Source: Pasteurella multocida (GTDB lineage Bacteria > Pseudomonadota > Gammaproteobacteria > Enterobacterales > Pasteurellaceae). From it: a DNA stretch of 32,000 nt. This document shows, piece after piece, positions 18,201 to 26,557 of this stretch (position 1 is the first letter of the stretch; every line of letters begins with the position of its first letter). Under the pieces are notes generated by a model. It did not search any database. It worked only from the letters and a program-made list of their open reading frames with translations, and had not been told where the DNA came from. Position numbers and translations under genes: made by a program. The DNA is taken from assembly GCF_900187275.1 (NCBI RefSeq), contig NZ_LT906458.1, forward strand, positions 300,001-332,000, written 5' to 3'.

Positions 18201-18403
18201 TAACGGACTAAATCTCGGCTATCGGACATTTGTTGGCGACGAATGCGCTCAGTACCGATTCGGGTTTCTCCGACTTTTTGAATAGCGATTTCATCATTTT
18301 GGCTAGAAACAACAATAGTTTCTAATGTTTCGGTAGGTTGTGCAGATGATAGGCTACAAGTGAGTGTAGTGAGCATCAATATAGACGGCTTGTTTAGTTT
18401 CAT
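15262..18403 (-). pseudogene. TonB-dependent haemoglobin/transferrin-family receptor (Hgp/TbpA-like), split by one frameshift
   Basis: ORF 17747-18403 has a signal peptide, a TonB-box-like [10 protein letters not shown] and a plug domain ([38 protein letters not shown]). ORF 15262-17799 is a large barrel with Cys-pair loops that ends NAELTF. The two frames differ by one nt and overlap only within 17750-17799. Confidence 0.8.
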
Positions 18404-18437
18404 AGATACCTCATAATTTAAACTAAATAACTAGATT

Positions 18438-18456
18438 GATATTGATTATAGAAATC
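18438..18456. promoter_or_regulatory. candidate Fur box upstream of the receptor gene
   Basis: GATATTGATTATAGAAATC matches 13/19 positions of GATAATGATAATCATTATC. It contains the tandem ATTGAT ATTGAT. It overlaps a perfect minus-strand TATAAT (18450 to 18445), 42 nt upstream of the ATG. Confidence 0.45.
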
Positions 18457-18721
18457 GTTCTCAATTATAGGGGCAAATAAATGAAATAAAAAGTAATATG
18501 AAGATGTTTAAGTGACTATTTTTATTATAAATTTACGCTTTTATTAGGGGTGTAGTTTAGTTATACAAAAATGAGTTGTTTTTTAAACATAAAGAGAGTT
18601 AGTGTGAAATGGCAAGAAGAATAGAAGTCTCATTGTTTGATAATCTGATGAAAGTTGAATGAGACCGAGAGTCAATATGTATTACTAAGAACAGGAGCAG
18701 GCGCAAAAGCAAGAGGGCATT

Positions 18722-20740
18722 TTAGCCCTGTTTTACTTGACTTCCTTTTAATAATTTTCGTATCCAGCTGCGGTTTGCATTCAGTTGGTGGAGGATATCT
18801 TCACTGAGAGGCAAGGGCTCGTGATAAATCAGCGAAGCCAGGGTTTCTGCTAACAGCGGTGCGGAGGTCAGTCCTCTAGAACCGAGGGCACCAATTAGAA
18901 AGAGATTCGGATGCAGTGCGGCGTTTTTTATGGCGTGTTTGCGACGGCGTAAGTTGTATAGATTGTGATAATCACTTAGCTGTTGTTCAAAATCAGGCAC
19001 ATTCCCTAGCATTGGAATACGATCACGAACGGAGCAACGGATGCCAATTCTGGCTTGATTATTGCGAGTATCAACCTCATTGACCCAATCTACTGAGGCA
19101 AGATTCGTTTGGATTTTTTGTTGGTTTTCTTGCTGTTCTTGTAAGCTAAATGTCCGCTCAGCATTATCACGCAAATGGCTGGCACCCAAGCAATGGGTTT
19201 GACTCGCTGCTTTTGGGGTTAGATAACCATCATAGCAAATGACTGCCTTGAGTTTGCTTAATTCAGTAGAAGTGGCAATTTCACTCACTTGTCCACGTAC
19301 AGGATAAACAGGTAAATGTTCTGTTTGACGAAATTGTGTGAGTTTGTGACCATTTGCCAGTACAACAACTTGATGTTTGAAACTGTCGCCTTGTTCTGTT
19401 GTTAAGAGCCAATGCGTGGTTTGTCGTTCAAGTGCGGTGATTTTTTGCTGTGTTTTAATGATGACCCCACGTGTTGCTAAAAAATCGAAAGTATTTTGAA
19501 CAAATTGTTGTGGTGATAACCAAGCGCCTTGTGCGATAAAGCCACCATCACATGGTAGTGGTAGCCCGACTTGTTCGCTAAGTGCTTGTTGTGATAAGGG
19601 CTGATACAGGCTAGGGGGCAATTGGAGCGCGGAAATTTTCGCTAATTTGACCGCACTTTTGGCATCATAGGCACAGAGTGCGACGCCACAAAAATCATGC
19701 TCAAATGTAATACCCTGTTCAATTGCCCAGTTGAAGCGCTGTTTACCATAGGCAAAGGCATGGATGTAGAAGCGAATATAGCGTAAATCATCATCGCTTA
19801 ATTGGGGATAAAAAGCCCCTTGTTTATTGCCTGACGCATTGGCGGCAAGTGAGTTGTCTTCGCAATATACAGTTACTTTTGCCCCACGCTCTAATAAGGA
19901 AAGCGCGCTAAATACGGAGGCAATCCCTCCACCAATCAGAGCAATATCTGCATTTGCTGTCAGTTCAGCCGGTTGAACAAGAGCCCAAGGGGCATGGATG
20001 TCAGCGGGCTGTTGTTGTGCTTTTACACCCTGTAAACATTCTCGTTTTTTGCCATAGCCTTTGCGTTTAGTGACTGTAAAACCCGCATGTATTAGACCTT
20101 TTCTTACGGCACTTGCTGCGGTAAAAGTAGAAAAAGTGCCTTGTGTTTTGGTGTAACGATACATGTGTTGGTAAAGGGTATCTTGCCACATTTGTGGATT
20201 TTTACTCGGGGCAAAACCGTCTAAAAACCATGCATCAATTTTATTACACATATAATCGCCTAACTGAGGCAGGTTTTCCGCCATATCGCCAAACCAGAGA
20301 TCAAGTGTGGTTTCAGCAAAGTGAAAACGGTAGCAACCAACAATCGGTTCTAACCAAGATTGTTGTAATTGTTGTGCAAGAGATTGAAACTCAGGGTAGG
20401 CTTGATGTGCCCGCTTGAGTTGTGCTAAGGGTAAAGGGTATTTTTCAAAGGAAATAAAAAAGAGCCGTTTTAGCGGTGCGTCAGGATAAGTAAGGCGAAA
20501 TTCACGAAAACGCTGAGTGACTGCAAAAAAATTCAGCCCTGTACCAAAACCAGTTTCCGCAATCACAAAATGCGCTTCACTTGTTTGTTGCCAGCGTTGC
20601 CATAATTGATTGCCTTCCTGAAAAACATAGTGACTTTCCGCAAGACCGTCTTGATTGGAAAAATAAACATCGTCAAATTGGGCAGAAACCGGCGTGTTTT
20701 CAGCATTAAAATGGACGTCAGCAAACTGAACTTTATGCAT
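18722..20740 (-). CDS. mnmC: bifunctional tRNA (mnm5s2U34) methyltransferase / FAD-dependent cmnm5s2U oxidoreductase MnmC
   Basis: 672 aa. The N-terminal part is a SAM methyltransferase-like domain ([20 protein letters not shown]). The C-terminal part has the FAD Rossmann motif [10 protein letters not shown]. It is divergent from fabB, as in E. coli. Confidence 0.94.
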   Translation of the reverse strand: MHKVQFADVHFNAENTPVSAQFDDVYFSNQDGLAESHYVFQEGNQLWQRWQQTSEAHFVIAETGFGTGLNFFAVTQRFREFRLTYPDAPLKRLFFISFEKYPLPLAQLKRAHQAYPEFQSLAQQLQQSWLEPIVGCYRFHFAETTLDLWFGDMAENLPQLGDYMCNKIDAWFLDGFAPSKNPQMWQDTLYQHMYRYTKTQGTFSTFTAASAVRKGLIHAGFTVTKRKGYGKKRECLQGVKAQQQPADIHAPWALVQPAELTANADIALIGGGIASVFSALSLLERGAKVTVYCEDNSLAANASGNKQGAFYPQLSDDDLRYIRFYIHAFAYGKQRFNWAIEQGITFEHDFCGVALCAYDAKSAVKLAKISALQLPPSLYQPLSQQALSEQVGLPLPCDGGFIAQGAWLSPQQFVQNTFDFLATRGVIIKTQQKITALERQTTHWLLTTEQGDSFKHQVVVLANGHKLTQFRQTEHLPVYPVRGQVSEIATSTELSKLKAVICYDGYLTPKAASQTHCLGASHLRDNAERTFSLQEQQENQQKIQTNLASVDWVNEVDTRNNQARIGIRCSVRDRIPMLGNVPDFEQQLSDYHNLYNLRRRKHAIKNAALHPNLFLIGALGSRGLTSAPLLAETLASLIYHEPLPLSEDILHQLNANRSWIRKLLKGSQVKQG
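19430..19438 (+). repeat. uptake signal sequence core AAGTGCGGT
   Basis: Exact 9-mer inside mnmC. Confidence 0.9.
19650..19658 (-). repeat. uptake signal sequence core (ACCGCACTT on the plus strand)
   Basis: Exact 9-mer inside mnmC. Confidence 0.9.
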
Positions 20741-20899
20741 GATTTTTTTATTCCTTTATAGACAACCTGAATCGTAATATAATAGCGAAAATTTATATAC
20801 TGGTCGAACGATCAAATTAGCACTTGAAATGTTAACGTTTGCTCGTTATTTTATCGACCATATTTTTCACAATTTTGAATAATTGATAAGGAATACTCC

Positions 20900-22120
20900 A
20901 TGAAAAGAGCGGTTATTACTGGGTTTGGTATTATTTCGAGTATTGGCAACAATAAAGACGAAGTATTAGCATCGTTAAAAGCTGGAAAATCAGGTATCGA
21001 AGTGATGCCCGAGTTTGTTGAGATTGGCATGCGTAGTCATGTGGCCGGCACGGTTAAATTAAATCCAAGTGAGCTGATTGATCGTAAAGTATATCGTTTT
21101 ATGGGGGATGCGGCAGCTTATGCTTATCTTTCGATGAAAGAGGCGATTGAAGATGCAGGTTTGACAGAAGATCAAGTATCGAACGATCGTACTGGTTTGG
21201 TGATTGGTGCGGGAACCGGTTCAGCCCATAACCAATTAATCGCCTGTGATGCGGTGCGTGGTCCTCGTGGTGTGAAAGCGGTAGGACCTTATGCGGTCAC
21301 CAAAACAATGGCATCCAGTGTTTCAGCTTGTTTAGCAACACCTTACAAAATTCGTGGTGTGAACTACAGTATTAGTTCAGCTTGTGCAACATCAGCCCAT
21401 TGTATTGGTCATGCGCTTGAGTTAATTCAATTAGGTAAACAAGATATTGTGTTTGCGGGTGGTGCAGAAGAATTGTCTTGGGAATGTGCAACTGAGTTTG
21501 ATGCGATGGGTGCGGTATCGACAAAATACAACGATACCCCAGAAAAAGCGTCACGCGCTTATGATGCGAACCGCGATGGTTTCGTCATCGCAGGTGGTGG
21601 TGCAGTGGTTGTCGTTGAAGAATTAGAGCATGCTCTTGCACGTGGTGCGAAAATTTATGCTGAAATCGTCGGCTATGGCGCTACATCAGACGGTTATGAC
21701 ATGGTGGCGCCAAGTGGTGAAGGCGCGGAGCGTTGTATGAGACAAGCCATGGCGACGGTTGATACACCAATTGATTACATTAACGTCCATGGTACTTCTA
21801 CACCAGTAGGAGATGTGAAAGAGTTAGGTGCGATTAAAAATGTTTTTGGTGATAAAGTGCCAGCTATCTCATCAACGAAATCGATGACCGGTCACTCTTT
21901 AGGTGCAGCGGGTGCGCACGAAGCGATTTACACGTTATTAATGTTAGACAATGATTTTATTGCGCCAAGTATCAATATCGAAACTCTCGATGAGAATGCA
22001 AAAGGCTGTAACATTGTGACCGAAACTGTTGAAAATGCCGGCTTGAAAACTGTGATGTCAAATAGCTTTGGTTTTGGTGGAACAAACGCAGCGTTAATTT
22101 TCAAAAAGTATCAAGCATAA
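20900..22120 (+). CDS. fabB: 3-oxoacyl-ACP synthase I
   Basis: 406 aa with the active-site Cys in SISSACATS, the His residues in HGTSTPVGD and TGHSLGAAG, and C-terminal [10 protein letters not shown]. Its length and sequence are KAS I type. Confidence 0.95.
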   Translation: MKRAVITGFGIISSIGNNKDEVLASLKAGKSGIEVMPEFVEIGMRSHVAGTVKLNPSELIDRKVYRFMGDAAAYAYLSMKEAIEDAGLTEDQVSNDRTGLVIGAGTGSAHNQLIACDAVRGPRGVKAVGPYAVTKTMASSVSACLATPYKIRGVNYSISSACATSAHCIGHALELIQLGKQDIVFAGGAEELSWECATEFDAMGAVSTKYNDTPEKASRAYDANRDGFVIAGGGAVVVVEELEHALARGAKIYAEIVGYGATSDGYDMVAPSGEGAERCMRQAMATVDTPIDYINVHGTSTPVGDVKELGAIKNVFGDKVPAISSTKSMTGHSLGAAGAHEAIYTLLMLDNDFIAPSINIETLDENAKGCNIVTETVENAGLKTVMSNSFGFGGTNAALIFKKYQA

Positions 22121-22150
22121 TGGCGTAAAATGACTTGAGATTTAAAGGAA

Positions 22151-22186
22151 AGCGGTGAGTCTTTTATAGCGTCACCGCTTTTTTTA
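22151..22186 (+). terminator. rho-independent terminator after fabB
   Basis: Stem AGCGGTGA (22151-22158) pairs with TCACCGCT (22172-22179), followed by T7. Confidence 0.8.
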
Positions 22187-22252
22187 GGTTAGTAGATGAT
22201 GGACATTGTTCTGTATTAAATCAAACAATGTCCGTGCAAAGCGTTTTTTGCT

Positions 22253-23218
22253 TTATTTGTTTGCTAATATTACGGCTCTGGTCGGGGCTTGGTAACCCTC
22301 AATCGTTTTTGTATGATCGCAAGGATCTAGGAAATCAATCAAGGATTCGTTCTCTAACCAGTCGGTTTTACGCTGTTCTGCCAAACTCGTTGGGGCGACA
22401 TCTACACAACGCACGTTTTTAAAGCCGACTTTTTCCAACCAGTTAATCAAGGCGGGTACAGACGGGATAAAATACACGTTTTTCATTTTGGCATAGCGAT
22501 CTGCGGGTACTAAAACCGTGTTGATATCACCGTCTACCACTAAAGTTTCTAGTACCAATTCCCCGCCTCTTATCAGCTGGTTTTTTAATTGGTTTAAATG
22601 ATCTAATGGTGATTTACGATGATAAAGCACGCCCATAGAGAAAACCGTATCAAAGGCTGCTAACGGTTGCATTTGTTCAATGCCTAAGGGAATCAAATTA
22701 GCACGGCGATCATTGTTTAACAGTTTACGTACGGCTTCAAATTGACATAAAAATAATTCGGTTGGGTCAATGCCGACCACCATTTTTGCCCCTTCACCGA
22801 CCATGCGCCACATATGATAACCGCTACCACAGCCCACATCTAAAATCGTGCGATCTTTCAGGGGGGCGAGGTGGGGCAGTACGCGATCCCATTTGAAATC
22901 AGAACGCCACTCACAATCGATGTGAATCCCGTGCAAATGATAAGGTCCCTTACGCCAAGGCATCAGCTGTTTGAGGTGATACACCAAACGTTGTTGCTCA
23001 CCAGCAGACAACGGCGAAACACTCTCAGATTTGACCGCACTTTTCAGATCAATATGATCCGCGTCTAAGTGCGGTAAAAAATCCACAATTTTTGCCCATT
23101 TCGCATAATCACCGTGGGTTTGTTTTTCCCACTGTTTTAATTGCAGGGGAAGGGTTTCAAGCCACGCGGATAAATGAGTGGTGGCAATGTGTTGATAAAA
23201 AGGACGAAAGTCAATCAT
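22253..23218 (-). CDS. cmoB: tRNA U34 carboxymethyltransferase CmoB
   Basis: 321 aa starting MIDFRPFYQ. It has [23 protein letters not shown] and the SAM-fold [15 protein letters not shown], typical of CmoB/YecP. Confidence 0.94.
   Translation of the reverse strand: MIDFRPFYQHIATTHLSAWLETLPLQLKQWEKQTHGDYAKWAKIVDFLPHLDADHIDLKSAVKSESVSPLSAGEQQRLVYHLKQLMPWRKGPYHLHGIHIDCEWRSDFKWDRVLPHLAPLKDRTILDVGCGSGYHMWRMVGEGAKMVVGIDPTELFLCQFEAVRKLLNNDRRANLIPLGIEQMQPLAAFDTVFSMGVLYHRKSPLDHLNQLKNQLIRGGELVLETLVVDGDINTVLVPADRYAKMKNVYFIPSVPALINWLEKVGFKNVRCVDVAPTSLAEQRKTDWLENESLIDFLDPCDHTKTIEGYQAPTRAVILANK
23034..23042 (-). repeat. uptake signal sequence core (ACCGCACTT on the plus strand)
   Basis: Exact 9-mer inside cmoB. 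It forms an inverted pair with the core at 23067. Confidence 0.9.
23067..23075 (+). repeat. uptake signal sequence core AAGTGCGGT
   Basis: Exact 9-mer inside cmoB, 24 nt from the inverted copy at 23034. Confidence 0.9.
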
Positions 23219-24729
23219 AGTGCGTTTTTATAAGCCTTTTGCGCTTGTTCAAAAGTGTCAACAATTTGTGCTTCTGGTTTGGCAGAGAGCAATGAAGTGG
23301 TGATAATCACCAAACTTGCTAAAGTAAAGCCGGGGATCATTTCATACAACTGGTGTAATTCAGAACCGATTGGTGTCCAGCTTTTCCAACCAAAGACGAC
23401 GATAGCTCCAGTTAGCATGCCGAGCAATGCTGCCGAAGAAGTCATGCGTTTCCAGAATAAAGAAAATAATACAACAGGACCAAATGCACTGCCAAAACCC
23501 GCCCACGCAAATTCCACCAGTTTGAGTACTTTGCTGTGTTCATCTTGCGCAATCCAAATCGCAATCGCAGCAATTGCTAGCACCATGGCACGCCCTAACC
23601 AGACTAATTCTTTTTCAGACGCCGTTGGACGGATAAAACCTTTATAAAAATCTTCGGTAATCGCACTGGAAGAAATCAATAATTGACAACTTAGTGTGCT
23701 CATCACCGCCGCGAGAATGGCGGACAGTAAAATTCCCGCGATCCACGGATTAAAGAGTAATTTGGCTAATTCAATAAATACTTGTTCTGATTCTTTATTG
23801 ACTAAACCTGCCACGGTGGGATTAGCATAGAAATAGGCAATACCAAAAAAGCCAATGCCCATTGCTCCGACTAAACAGAGAATCATCCAAGTCATGCTGA
23901 TTCTACGTGCTTTGTTTAAGGATTTCACCGAATCCGCTGCCATAAAGCGCGCTAGAATGTGCGGTTGACCAAAATAACCTAACCCCCAAGCCGCTAAACT
24001 GAGTAAACCTAGCGGTGTCGTGCCACTGAAAATATCGGTAAAGTCTTTATGAGCTTGGCTTTCCGCTTGTGCGAGCACCACGTTAAATTGACTTAATCCT
24101 TCTAGGCTAATTAACACAAACACGGGTGTTAGAATCAAGGCGAAAATCATTAATGTGGCTTGAATAGTGTCTGTCCAACTCACGGCTAAAAAGCCACCAA
24201 TAAAGGTGTAAGCAATGGTGGCTAAAGCACCGTACCAAAGTGCAGTCGCATAATCTACAGAAAAGAGATTTTGGAACAGTTTTGCCCCTGCGACGACGCC
24301 TGAGGCACAGTAAATAGTAAAGAAGACCAAAATGATACTGGCGGACACAATTTTTAGGAGATTATGTGACGTACCGAAACGGTGGTGAAAATATTCAGGT
24401 AAAGTCAGCGCATTTTGGTTAAATTCAGTGTAAATACGTAAACGTCCTGCCACAAATAACCAATTCAGATAAGCCCCGATAGTTAAGCCAATGGCTATCC
24501 AACCTTCAATTAAGCCAGACAGGTAAATCGCACCGGGTAAACCCATTAACAGCCAGCCCGACATATCGGAGGCACCGGCTGACATGGCGGTTACAAAACT
24601 GCCTAAACGACGTCCCCCTAAAATGTAATCTGATAAATTATTAGTATAACGATAGGCGAATAAGCCAATCAGCAACATGCCAAAAATATAAATCGTAAAT
24701 GTAATAAGTGTTGGATCCAATCCAAACAT
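23215..24729 (-). CDS. putP: sodium/proline symporter PutP
   Basis: 504 aa, about 13 TM helices, with the SSS-family motifs YILGGRRLG and [20 protein letters not shown]. Its stop overlaps the cmoB start (ATGA). Confidence 0.94.
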   Translation of the reverse strand: MFGLDPTLITFTIYIFGMLLIGLFAYRYTNNLSDYILGGRRLGSFVTAMSAGASDMSGWLLMGLPGAIYLSGLIEGWIAIGLTIGAYLNWLFVAGRLRIYTEFNQNALTLPEYFHHRFGTSHNLLKIVSASIILVFFTIYCASGVVAGAKLFQNLFSVDYATALWYGALATIAYTFIGGFLAVSWTDTIQATLMIFALILTPVFVLISLEGLSQFNVVLAQAESQAHKDFTDIFSGTTPLGLLSLAAWGLGYFGQPHILARFMAADSVKSLNKARRISMTWMILCLVGAMGIGFFGIAYFYANPTVAGLVNKESEQVFIELAKLLFNPWIAGILLSAILAAVMSTLSCQLLISSSAITEDFYKGFIRPTASEKELVWLGRAMVLAIAAIAIWIAQDEHSKVLKLVEFAWAGFGSAFGPVVLFSLFWKRMTSSAALLGMLTGAIVVFGWKSWTPIGSELHQLYEMIPGFTLASLVIITTSLLSAKPEAQIVDTFEQAQKAYKNAL

Positions 24730-24883
24730 GATGACCTCTCAAACATCTAAAAGTATGATTTTTCTCAGCCAAAATTTGAGAAAGCTCACATTTTACCTTA
24801 TTTAGCACTATTATTCTATTTCCCTTTTCGTTAGACTAACTGGCAATTGAATGTCTTGAAAAATGATGATGTTAGGTAGAAGT

Positions 24884-26359
24884 ATGGATTCTGTTGAGCT
24901 GTTAGTGAATGTCACACCGAGTGAAACACGGATTGCCTTAGTCGATATGGGGATCTTAAAAGAGGTGCATATTGAGCGTCAGGCGAAACGTGGTATTGTG
25001 GGTAATATTTATAAAGGGCGTGTTACAAGAGTATTGCCGGGTATGCAATCGGCATTTGTGGATATTGGTTTAGAAAAAGCCGCTTTTTTGCATGCTTCAG
25101 ATATTGTTTCGCACACTGAATGTGTGGAAGAAAGCGAGCAAAAGCAGTTTGTGGTGAAAGACATTGCGGAACTGGTACGCGAAGGACAAGATATTGTAGT
25201 ACAAGTGGTGAAAGATCCTTTAGGAACCAAAGGGGCACGGTTAACCACAGATATCACTTTGCCTTCACGTTACTTAGTGTTTATGCCTGAAAATAGCCAT
25301 GTAGGGGTATCACAACGGATTGAAAGTGAAGAAGAACGCGCCAGATTAAAAGAGTTAGTCCTGCCGCTTTGTGATGAACTTGGTGGTTTTATTATCCGTA
25401 CCGCAGCCGATGGTGCAACAGAAGAAGAACTTAAACAAGATGCGGATTTTTTAAAACGTTTATGGCGTAAGGTCTTAGAACGTCGGGCAAAATACCCAAC
25501 AAAATCCATGTTATATGGTGAGCTTGCGTTAACCCAACGCATTTTACGTGATTTTATCGGGGCGGGATTAGAAAAAATTCGTATTGACTCGAAATTATGT
25601 TTTACGGAAGTGAAGCAATTTACTGAGGAATTTATGCCGACGTTGGTGGATAAGTTGGTGTTGTATTCGGGGAATCAGCCTTTGTTTGATGTGTATGGCG
25701 TGGAGGCAGCGATTCAAACCGCGTTAAATAAACGGGTTAATTTGAAATCTGGTGGCTATTTAATCATTGAGCAAACTGAAGCCATGACCACTATTGATAT
25801 TAATACGGGGGCATTTGTAGGGCATCGTAACCTCGAGGAAACTATTTTTAATACCAATATTGAAGCGACAAAAGCCATTGCCCAGCAGCTTCAATTACGT
25901 AATCTCGGAGGGATTATCATTATTGATTTTATTGATATGCAAACCGATGATCACCGTGTTCGTGTATTAGAATCCCTGCAAGAAGCACTCTCTAAAGACC
26001 GTGTCAAAACGAGCGTAAATGGCTTTACACAATTAGGTTTGGTAGAAATGACGCGTAAACGAACACGTGAAAGTTTAGAACATGTGTTATGTGGCGATTG
26101 CCCTGCTTGTGAGGGACGTGGACGTATCAAAACAGTGGAAACCGTCTGCTACGAAATTATGCGTGAGATTATTCGTGTACACCATTTATTTGCCAGTGAG
26201 CAATTTGTGGTCTATGCCTCAAGGGCTGTGGCAGATTATCTCATCAATGAAGAATCGCATGGGTTATTAGCTGAGTTAGAAGTCTTTATCGGCAAGCAAG
26301 TTCAAATCAAAACAGAAGTGTATTATAACCAAGAGCAGTTTGATGTAGTGGTGATGTAA
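24884..26359 (+). CDS. rng: ribonuclease G
   Basis: 491 aa from ATG 24884 (MDSVELLVNVTPSETRIALV...), colinear with E. coli RNase G, which begins MTAELLVNVTPSETRVA. It has an S1 domain and the RNase E/G catalytic core (TEAMTTIDINTG). The track start at 24863 would add 7 residues. Confidence 0.92.
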   Translation: MDSVELLVNVTPSETRIALVDMGILKEVHIERQAKRGIVGNIYKGRVTRVLPGMQSAFVDIGLEKAAFLHASDIVSHTECVEESEQKQFVVKDIAELVREGQDIVVQVVKDPLGTKGARLTTDITLPSRYLVFMPENSHVGVSQRIESEEERARLKELVLPLCDELGGFIIRTAADGATEEELKQDADFLKRLWRKVLERRAKYPTKSMLYGELALTQRILRDFIGAGLEKIRIDSKLCFTEVKQFTEEFMPTLVDKLVLYSGNQPLFDVYGVEAAIQTALNKRVNLKSGGYLIIEQTEAMTTIDINTGAFVGHRNLEETIFNTNIEATKAIAQQLQLRNLGGIIIIDFIDMQTDDHRVRVLESLQEALSKDRVKTSVNGFTQLGLVEMTRKRTRESLEHVLCGDCPACEGRGRIKTVETVCYEIMREIIRVHHLFASEQFVVYASRAVADYLINEESHGLLAELEVFIGKQVQIKTEVYYNQEQFDVVVM

Positions 26360-26364
26360 TGAAA

Positions 26365-26399
26365 AAGGAGCAAGGGCAGACTTGCTCCTTTTGCTTTTG
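26365..26399 (+). terminator. rho-independent terminator after rng
   Basis: A perfect 10-bp stem, AAGGAGCAAG (26365-26374) with CTTGCTCCTT (26381-26390), followed by TTGCTTTT. Confidence 0.85.
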
Positions 26400-26406
26400 G
26401 GTATAA

Positions 26407-26415
26407 AAGTGCGGT
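26407..26415 (+). repeat. uptake signal sequence core AAGTGCGGT
   Basis: Exact 9-mer in the rng/tldD spacer, followed by CATTTTT. Confidence 0.9.
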
Positions 26416-26557
26416 CATTTTTAAAAAAGTTTCGCTAAGCCAAGCACTTTCGTCTTTCCTTTCGCTTTGCACACTGCTTGTACATTTCCTTGCTTTCCTC
26501 CTGGTCAAAAATAACATAAAATACCCGCCACTTTTTGTTTATTTGAATGCATAATTT

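Noticed and set aside
18609-18662. 17-codon ORF (MARRIEVSLFDNLMKVE) in the mnmC-receptor spacer
   Set aside because: It has no convincing Shine-Dalgarno and overlaps the long-loop hairpin. Short ORFs of this size are expected by chance.
24863-24883. Upstream ATG triplet (ATGATGATG) as the rng start
   Set aside because: Alignment from memory with E. coli RNase G (MTAELLVNVTPSETR) favours the ATG at 24884. The upstream start remains possible and would add only 7 residues.
26323-26517. 64-aa basic minus-strand ORF (MLFLTRRKARK...) covering the rng-tldD spacer
   Set aside because: It reads through the rng terminator hairpin and a USS and ends inside the rng coding sequence. The upstream RBS is weak. 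I cannot support it, although the purine-rich RBS-like stretch on that strand is noted in the spacer finding.
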